From assembly GCA_963675595.2 (NCBI GenBank), contig CAXXLZ010000003.1, forward strand, positions 32,001-96,000: a DNA stretch of 64,000 bases. The letters are read 5' to 3'. Below, one piece after another: positions 58,202-64,000 of the stretch. The translations under genes and the position numbers were made by a program. This stretch comes from Thermodesulfobacteriota bacterium. GTDB lineage: Bacteria > Desulfobacterota > Desulfarculia > JACQYL01. Position 1 is the stretch's first letter, and each line of letters begins with the position of its first letter. Under the pieces are notes generated by a model that did no database searches, had not been told where the DNA came from, and was given only the letters and a program-made list of their open reading frames with translations.

Positions 58202-58963
58202 ATGCTCATTGTTGGAATCGACGTGGGCCAACACGGCATCAAAGCCGTGGGAGTGAAGGATTCGGCGATTGCCTCTCAAGAAGTTCTCCAGTCGGGGAGT
58301 GAAGCGAACGTGGGCGCGGGGGAGATTCTCGAGAGGATACTGGCGCAGTCCCCACATTCCGACAACGAGGCGGTAAAGGTTGTCGCCACCGGTCTCGGTC
58401 GCAAAGAAGTATCCTTCGCCGACCTGCGCCGAACACAGGAACATTGTGTGGCCAAGGGAGCTCATTTCCTTATGGGCGGGGCCTGCACGATCCTGGACGC
58501 GGGAGCCGGCGGGTGCAGGGCGGTGCGCATCGGCCCAACGGGCAAAGTACTTGAATTTTCAGGCAACAGCAAATGCGCCTGCGGCACCGGCTCCTTCTTC
58601 ACCACGGCTTGCGAAGTCCTGCAGATCGGCATGGACAGGCTGGATGAATTGGCCTTGCAGGCCGAAGGACTTGCCGGCGTCAGCACCACCTGTGCCGTGT
58701 TCGCGGAATCGGCCATCATCTCCAATGTTCATCGAGGATTCGGCTTAGGAGATATCTGTGCGGGAATCTGCGACTCCGTGACCACGCGACTCACGGACGT
58801 CGTTCATCGAGTCGGCGTTGAAGAGGAACTGTTCTTCTGCGGCGGCGTGGCTCTCATGCGAACGGTTGGGAAGATGCTGGAGGCGCAACTCGGAGTCAAG
58901 GTGCACGTGCCCGAGGCGCCTCTACTGGTCGCCGCGCTGGGGGCGGCACTATCCCTCGCCTAA
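58202..58963 (+). CDS. ASKHA-type ATP-dependent activase subunit (BzdP/BcrD-like)
   Basis: GIDVG, KCACGTG, CAVFAES, CGGVA and ALGAAL motifs. Confidence 0.88.
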   Translation: MLIVGIDVGQHGIKAVGVKDSAIASQEVLQSGSEANVGAGEILERILAQSPHSDNEAVKVVATGLGRKEVSFADLRRTQEHCVAKGAHFLMGGACTILDAGAGGCRAVRIGPTGKVLEFSGNSKCACGTGSFFTTACEVLQIGMDRLDELALQAEGLAGVSTTCAVFAESAIISNVHRGFGLGDICAGICDSVTTRLTDVVHRVGVEEELFFCGGVALMRTVGKMLEAQLGVKVHVPEAPLLVAALGAALSLA

Positions 58964-58988
58964 TTGAAGCCTGGAGAAACAACGGACC

Positions 58989-59789
58989 ATGTTCTACGCG
59001 GGCGTTGATGTCGGGTCTCGCACGGCCAAGGCGATCATTCTGCATGACGGCCGGCAAATGGGTTCTCACTTGATTTCCACTGGGGCGGACAGCGCGGAGA
59101 CCTCCAAGACCGTCCTCGAAGGGGCACTGCGCGATGCCGGGCTGGAAATGGGACTGCTGAAGGGCATCGTCACCACCGGGTACGGCCGCTACATCGCGCC
59201 TTTCCCCCATGAGAGCATCACGGAAATCGCCTGCCACACCAGAGGGGTGCATCAGGTATTCCCTTCCGCCCGAACGATTTTGGATATGGGTGGGCAGGAC
59301 TGCAAGGCAATTCGGTTGAACGAGTCGGGGGATCATATCAATTTTGTGATGAACGACAAATGTGCCGCGGGAACAGGCAGGTTTCTTGAAGTCCTGGCGC
59401 GAAGTCTGGATGTGCGTCTGGAGGAAATGACGACCCTCGCCTTGGGAGCGGATAACCCCATTCGCATCAGCTCGGTCTGCGCGGTGTTTGCCAAGGAGGA
59501 AGCGCTCTCCCATCGGCGAAGAGGAGTTCCTCTCAATGCGATCCTTGCCGGAGTCCTGGATTCCGTCGCCGAACGCGTGTTCAAACTGATCAACGTCGTT
59601 GGGCTGGAGGAGGATTTTGTGATTACCGGAGGAATCGCCTTGAATGCCGGAGTGGTCCGGCGAATTGAGCAACGAGCCAAGATGCGGGCGCTCATTCCTC
59701 CGGAACCCCAATTGACCGGCGCCATGGGGGCGGCTTGGCTGGCGAAGCATTTGGACGAATCGAAACTAGGAAAGGGTGGGTATGCCTGA
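58989..59789 (+). CDS. ASKHA-type ATP-dependent activase subunit (BzdQ/BcrA/HgdC-like)
   Basis: GVDVGS, TGYGR, EIACH, DMGGQDCK, NDKCAAGTGRF and CAVFAK motifs. Confidence 0.92.
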   Translation: MFYAGVDVGSRTAKAIILHDGRQMGSHLISTGADSAETSKTVLEGALRDAGLEMGLLKGIVTTGYGRYIAPFPHESITEIACHTRGVHQVFPSARTILDMGGQDCKAIRLNESGDHINFVMNDKCAAGTGRFLEVLARSLDVRLEEMTTLALGADNPIRISSVCAVFAKEEALSHRRRGVPLNAILAGVLDSVAERVFKLINVVGLEEDFVITGGIALNAGVVRRIEQRAKMRALIPPEPQLTGAMGAAWLAKHLDESKLGKGGYA

Positions 59790-60564
59790 TTTTGTTACAT
59801 GGGAAATGGAGAATGCCGTAGCTCAAGTAGTGCTGAACAGTCCTCCCGCCAACGCCATGAGTGCCGGGCTTCTGCAGGAGCTCGACGGCGTCGTAAAGGA
59901 GTTGAAGACCGACTCCCGGGTGCGGGCGGTGGTTTTCAGGAGCGCCGTTCCGAAAATCTTCATGGCCGGCGCGGACTTGAAAGCCTTGACGGATATGGAT
60001 GGAACACGCTTCCGTGAGTATATCCGCTATGCCCAGGAAGTGTTCAGCGGGATCGAAAGACTGGGTATGCCGACCATCGGGGTGCTGAGCGGGCATGCCT
60101 TGGGCGGAGGGTGTGAATTTTCCCTCTGCTTCGATTTCCGTTTCATGGCGGAGGAGAAGGCGAGAATCGGCCTTCCCGAAGTCACGTTGGGGCTTATTCC
60201 GGGGGCGGGGGGCACTCAGCGTCTTCCTCGCCTCATCGGCCTGGCCAAGGCAAGGGAGTTTCTGATCCGGGGAAATGCCGTCGATGGAGCCGAAGCGCTG
60301 TCCATCGGCTTGGTGGATCGTGTTTTTCCCGCAAGCAGTCTTCTGGACGAGGCCCTGCAGTTCGCCCAAGCCATGGCCGTGGGAGCGACCAAGGCCATGG
60401 CGGAAATCAAACGTTGTCTGGCGGTTCCGACCGAAGAAGCCCTGTGGACCGGGCTGAACCAGGAACTTGACGGCATCGTACGCTTGTTCACTGAAACCGA
60501 GGACACAAAGGAAGGGATTCGGGCGTTCAACGAGAAACGTTCACCGGTGTTTCACGGGAAATAG
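59782..60564 (+). CDS. Enoyl-CoA hydratase/isomerase (crotonase family)
   Basis: AGADL, GHALGGGCE and GLPEVTLGLIPGAGGTQRL (both catalytic Glu present). Confidence 0.93.
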   Translation: MPDFVTWEMENAVAQVVLNSPPANAMSAGLLQELDGVVKELKTDSRVRAVVFRSAVPKIFMAGADLKALTDMDGTRFREYIRYAQEVFSGIERLGMPTIGVLSGHALGGGCEFSLCFDFRFMAEEKARIGLPEVTLGLIPGAGGTQRLPRLIGLAKAREFLIRGNAVDGAEALSIGLVDRVFPASSLLDEALQFAQAMAVGATKAMAEIKRCLAVPTEEALWTGLNQELDGIVRLFTETEDTKEGIRAFNEKRSPVFHGK

Positions 60565-60581
60565 CTTTAGGAGAGAAAGCC

Positions 60582-61346
60582 ATGGAAATTCGGAATGCTG
60601 TAGCTTTGGTGACCGGGGGAGCATCCGGTCTTGGAGAGAGATGTGCTCGCGATCTCGTTGCTGAAGGAGCTCGTGTGGCGATTCTGGATGTGGGCGAAAG
60701 AGGGGCCGAGGTTGCCGCCGAGCTGGGTGATGCCTGCATTTTCTGCAAGACCGACGTGACGAGCGCCGATTCCGTTAAAGCCGCGGTAGACGAGGCCGTT
60801 GCGAAATTCGGTGCGATTAACATCGCCGTGAACTGCGCCGGCGTGGCCACTGCGGCCAAAGTGATCGGCAAAACGGGTCCCATTGATCTGGCGGGATTCG
60901 AAAAGGTGATCAGCATCAACCTGACGGGAACCTTGAACGTTCTGCGTCTGGCCGTGGAACAGATGCTGAAGAACGCCCCCAACGAGGAAGGGGAGCAGGG
61001 TGTGGTGATCAATACGTCTTCTTGTGCGGCTTTTGAAGGTCAGATCGGCCAAGCGGCCTACAGCGCATCCAAGGCCGGCGTGGCCGGTATGACGTTGCCC
61101 ATTGCTCGGGAACTAGCTCGTTACGGAATCCGTAATGTGACCATCGCCCCCGGCCTGTTTGAAACCCCCATGCTCGCGGGGATGCCGGATAAGGTTCGCC
61201 AGTCCCTCATCGCCACGTGCCTTTTTCCAAAGAGACTTGGAAAACCCAGTGAATTCTCCCTGCTGGTGAAGCAGATCATTCAGAATCCAATGTTGAACGG
61301 CGCCACCATCCGATTGGACGGTGCGCTGCGTATGGCTCCCCAGTGA
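60582..61346 (+). CDS. SDR-type 3-hydroxyacyl-CoA dehydrogenase (HSD17B10/FadB2x-like)
   Basis: TGGASGLG, NCAG, GQIGQAAYSASK and IRLDGALRM motifs. Confidence 0.92.
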   Translation: MEIRNAVALVTGGASGLGERCARDLVAEGARVAILDVGERGAEVAAELGDACIFCKTDVTSADSVKAAVDEAVAKFGAINIAVNCAGVATAAKVIGKTGPIDLAGFEKVISINLTGTLNVLRLAVEQMLKNAPNEEGEQGVVINTSSCAAFEGQIGQAAYSASKAGVAGMTLPIARELARYGIRNVTIAPGLFETPMLAGMPDKVRQSLIATCLFPKRLGKPSEFSLLVKQIIQNPMLNGATIRLDGALRMAPQ

Positions 61347-61441
61347 GTGTAGGAGGATAGGGCCTCCGCCCATAAGGAGAGGCTCAACCTCAGTGCGATT
61401 TCCGTAATCCAACCACAAGCAAGCAAAAGAGGAGGAGCACA

Positions 61442-63424
61442 ATGGAGCCGGTTAAACCTTCAGGTCCCGAGCACGATTGCATGATCGTCGACCAGCTCAA
61501 ACCAGGAGCCGAATTCACGTGCGAGGAACTACCGGAGGAGTATCTCCAACAGGTGCACGTCATTTCGCTCATGGCGGAAATGGCGAAGCAGGAGGGAACG
61601 GAATACATTTTCGGAATCACTGCCGGAGCCGAATTCCCCATGGAAGGCCTCTTTATGAAGGCCGGTATCAAGCGGGTCCATGTTCGCCACGAGCAGAGCG
61701 CGACCTTCGCCGCGGATGCCATGGGGCGCTTGACGAGAAGGACTGCGCCGACGGTGATCGGGCCTTCCACGGGTCTGACCAACTGTACGTCCGGTCTGGC
61801 TCAGGCCATGGCCTCCCAGTCTCCCGTCCTCGTCATCGGCGGTGAACACCCGGCTTGGACGGACAATGTCTATTTCGCACAGGGTTTGGTTCAGTGCGAA
61901 AAGGTGTTTCAGGGAATCACCAAGAAAACCACGCGATGCACCAGCCCAAGGAACATCCTGGCCGAGTTCAAACGACTGTATCGCCTTGCCATGACTCCGC
62001 CCATGGGCCCCACGGCGATGGCCATTCCCTGGGACACGAGCTATGAGTACAGCCGCATACCTCTGATCGAGGCGCATTACCTGTACGGTCCCGGAAACCT
62101 CCCCAAGACCGAACCCAAGATGACCCGCGAAGATCCGAAGCTCATCGAGGAAGCGGTGAAATGGCTCCTCGAAGGAGACAAGCCGGGCATCATCGCCGGT
62201 GAGGGTGTTTGGTACGACGACGCACAGGAAGAGCTGCGCGAGTTGACCAAACTCACGGGAATTCCCTGCCACTCCCGACGTATGGCCCGTGGCGCCATCG
62301 ACGAGTACGATCCGTTGAACTGCGGTGGTCGAGCTCGCGGCCGCTTCCTGCGTGGATGTGACCGAGCCATGGTCTTGGGTTTGCGCATAGGTTACCTCGA
62401 AATGCACGGTTATCCGCCCTTCTGGGGAGAGGAAACCAGATACATCCAGGCCCAGACCTGCCGTGACAACGTCGACCTGATGCTGGCCACCGATTTCGAA
62501 CTCATCGGTAACATCAAAGCATTGCTCCAGCAGATGATCGAATGCATCAAGTCCATGGGGATCAACAAGCCCATCGAGCGATTGGACGAATGGCGGAAGT
62601 ATATCGTCGACAGCAAGGAATACTACGAAAAGAAGGTCGCGGAACGCTTGGTGAAGATGCGCGGCGTGACTCCGGTGCATCCGGACCTCATCGGCCGGCT
62701 CATTTATGAGGTGGTCAACGAGGAATTGAACGACGAGGTCATCTCGATCATCGACGGTTTTACCGCGTCTTCATTCTACACCGATCACAACCGCTGCCGC
62801 ACCGCTGGGCGGGTGCTCGACGCCAGCGACACCATCGGTATCGGACACGGCCCCGGCATGGCTCTGGGCGCCGGTCTCGCCACGAACCGCTCCATCCCGT
62901 TGATCTGCGTCATTGGAGACGGCGGATTGGGCGCCGCCGGAATGGATATCGAAACGTGTTCCCGTTGGGACATTCCGGTGGTCTTCATTCACGAAAACAA
63001 CAACACCATGGTGGCGGGCGGTTGGAAGCTGTTCTGGTCCAAAGCGTGTTCGCCGACGGGCAACGAAATGCTGGATTCCTGGCAAACGCTGCCCAACATC
63101 CGCTACGATAAGATGATGGCGGAATTTGGGCTGCACACCGAGTTCGTGGAAAAAGACGGTGAATTCAAAGCCGCGTTGAAGCGTTCTCTCGACTTTGTAC
63201 GGGATAAATCCAAACCGGCGTTTATCGAGGTTTTCGTCGAAGGCCGGACAATGAACGAAATCTGGGCCACCTTCCTGACCAGTTGTTGCGGTTTCCTGGA
63301 ATGGGAAGACCTGCCGGAAGAAGGGCGTAAAGCGATTCTGGACCTTGGGCTCTGCGATCCCACCTACAGAGCCTTCGCCCCGACCTGGCCCGACGAGGCA
63401 TTCCAGAAGAAGAAGAAAAGATAG
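61442..63424 (+). CDS. Thiamine-diphosphate-dependent enzyme (2-hydroxyacyl-CoA lyase/oxalyl-CoA decarboxylase/ALS superfamily)
   Basis: RHEQSA catalytic Glu; GDGGLG...GMDIET..RW.IP....NNN TPP motif. Confidence 0.88.
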   Translation: MEPVKPSGPEHDCMIVDQLKPGAEFTCEELPEEYLQQVHVISLMAEMAKQEGTEYIFGITAGAEFPMEGLFMKAGIKRVHVRHEQSATFAADAMGRLTRRTAPTVIGPSTGLTNCTSGLAQAMASQSPVLVIGGEHPAWTDNVYFAQGLVQCEKVFQGITKKTTRCTSPRNILAEFKRLYRLAMTPPMGPTAMAIPWDTSYEYSRIPLIEAHYLYGPGNLPKTEPKMTREDPKLIEEAVKWLLEGDKPGIIAGEGVWYDDAQEELRELTKLTGIPCHSRRMARGAIDEYDPLNCGGRARGRFLRGCDRAMVLGLRIGYLEMHGYPPFWGEETRYIQAQTCRDNVDLMLATDFELIGNIKALLQQMIECIKSMGINKPIERLDEWRKYIVDSKEYYEKKVAERLVKMRGVTPVHPDLIGRLIYEVVNEELNDEVISIIDGFTASSFYTDHNRCRTAGRVLDASDTIGIGHGPGMALGAGLATNRSIPLICVIGDGGLGAAGMDIETCSRWDIPVVFIHENNNTMVAGGWKLFWSKACSPTGNEMLDSWQTLPNIRYDKMMAEFGLHTEFVEKDGEFKAALKRSLDFVRDKSKPAFIEVFVEGRTMNEIWATFLTSCCGFLEWEDLPEEGRKAILDLGLCDPTYRAFAPTWPDEAFQKKKKR

Positions 63425-63446
63425 AGTAGATAAGAGCCAAACTCCG

Positions 63447-63471
63447 GGGACCCACAGCTTGTGGGTCCCTT
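63447..63471 (+). terminator. Hairpin after the TPP enzyme gene
   Basis: GGGACCCACA-GCT-TGTGGGTCCC; short T tail. Confidence 0.55.
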
Positions 63472-63593
63472 CCAGACTGCAGACTCCGAGATTCCGGAGA
63501 CGTTCCTCCGGTTCCGGAAACTCTCGGACGCTGAAGGAGGTAGAGCCGAATTCCTTGATATGTCGTTTTCAGGGCAGCGGAATGAACCTTGAG

Positions 63594-63715
63594 CCGGCTG
63601 TTGAAAAACGCGTTTCGTCCTCCGGGGGGCTTGCTCCTTCATAGCGATGTATGGAATGTACGTCTTCTTGGTTGGAGTTTACGGGCGCTGCAAGTCATCG
63701 TTTTTCATCCAGCTG
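63594..63715. repeat. MITE-like element with terminal inverted repeats (possible degenerate family A relative)
   Basis: GCTGTTGAAAAACG ... CGTTTTTCATCCAGC ends about 120 bp apart. Confidence 0.4.
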
Positions 63716-63772
63716 AACCAGCGGGACTGTTTCAACGGATTCCCGGGGAGCTTAGGAACTGAGAGCACGGCC

Positions 63773-64000
63773 TCAGCCGCGCATAAGCCGGACCGAAGTC
63801 CGGATCGGTGAGGAATTGGGGGCCGATTTCCGAGAACATCCTTTTTCAAAGTCGCGTGGACTCGACATAGGAACGGCGGATTCCGTGACCGGTTCAAAGA
63901 TATGCATTCGAATGCTCTGCAGGAAGCCATAGGTTACAGCATCGAGGGCCCTCTCCACAAGGCCGTCGATCTGCTCAGGACCCTGTTGGACTCGGGGAAC
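63773..64000 (-). CDS. Possible 3' end of a gene entering from beyond the window
   Basis: Frame is open from the window edge to a stop at 63773; no recognisable motif. Confidence 0.25.
   Translation of the reverse strand, partial: VPRVQQGPEQIDGLVERALDAVTYGFLQSIRMHIFEPVTESAVPMSSPRDFEKGCSRKSAPNSSPIRTSVRLMRG

Overview
GC-rich bacterial chromosomal segment. Gene content (split rdgC pair, sigma54 catabolic loci, palindromic intergenic repeats) suggests an anaerobic deltaproteobacterium (Desulfobacterota-like); this is inference. Housekeeping genes (ruvCAB-yebC-rlmE, pyrE-like, lysA, rpe) are interleaved with several accessory modules. (1) An APC permease, a USP and an opine-dehydrogenase-family gene. 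(2) Three paralogous secreted Cys-rich proteins, each with four Ig-like repeats, around an FGE-sulfatase-fold protein. (3) An intact IS4-family element (19-bp TIRs, 11-bp target duplication) inserted in a palindromic repeat between the two rdgC-like genes. (4) Two membrane-anchored pentapeptide-repeat paralogs. (5) An XRE-cupin-regulated GlxBCD/MgsABC-like operon with a GXGXG+FMN fusion and an unusual GltD-like reductase fused to a degenerate second FMN barrel. (6) A polyamine locus with two SpeD-like and two SpeE-like genes. (7) A sigma54-controlled anaerobic CoA-ester catabolic cluster: a four-subunit benzoyl-CoA-reductase/2-hydroxyacyl-CoA-dehydratase-family complex, an enoyl-CoA hydratase, SDRs, an HACL/Oxc-like TPP enzyme and an Frc-like CoA transferase. 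I saw no rRNA, tRNA or CRISPR array. All calls come from motif recognition by eye; no database searches were run.
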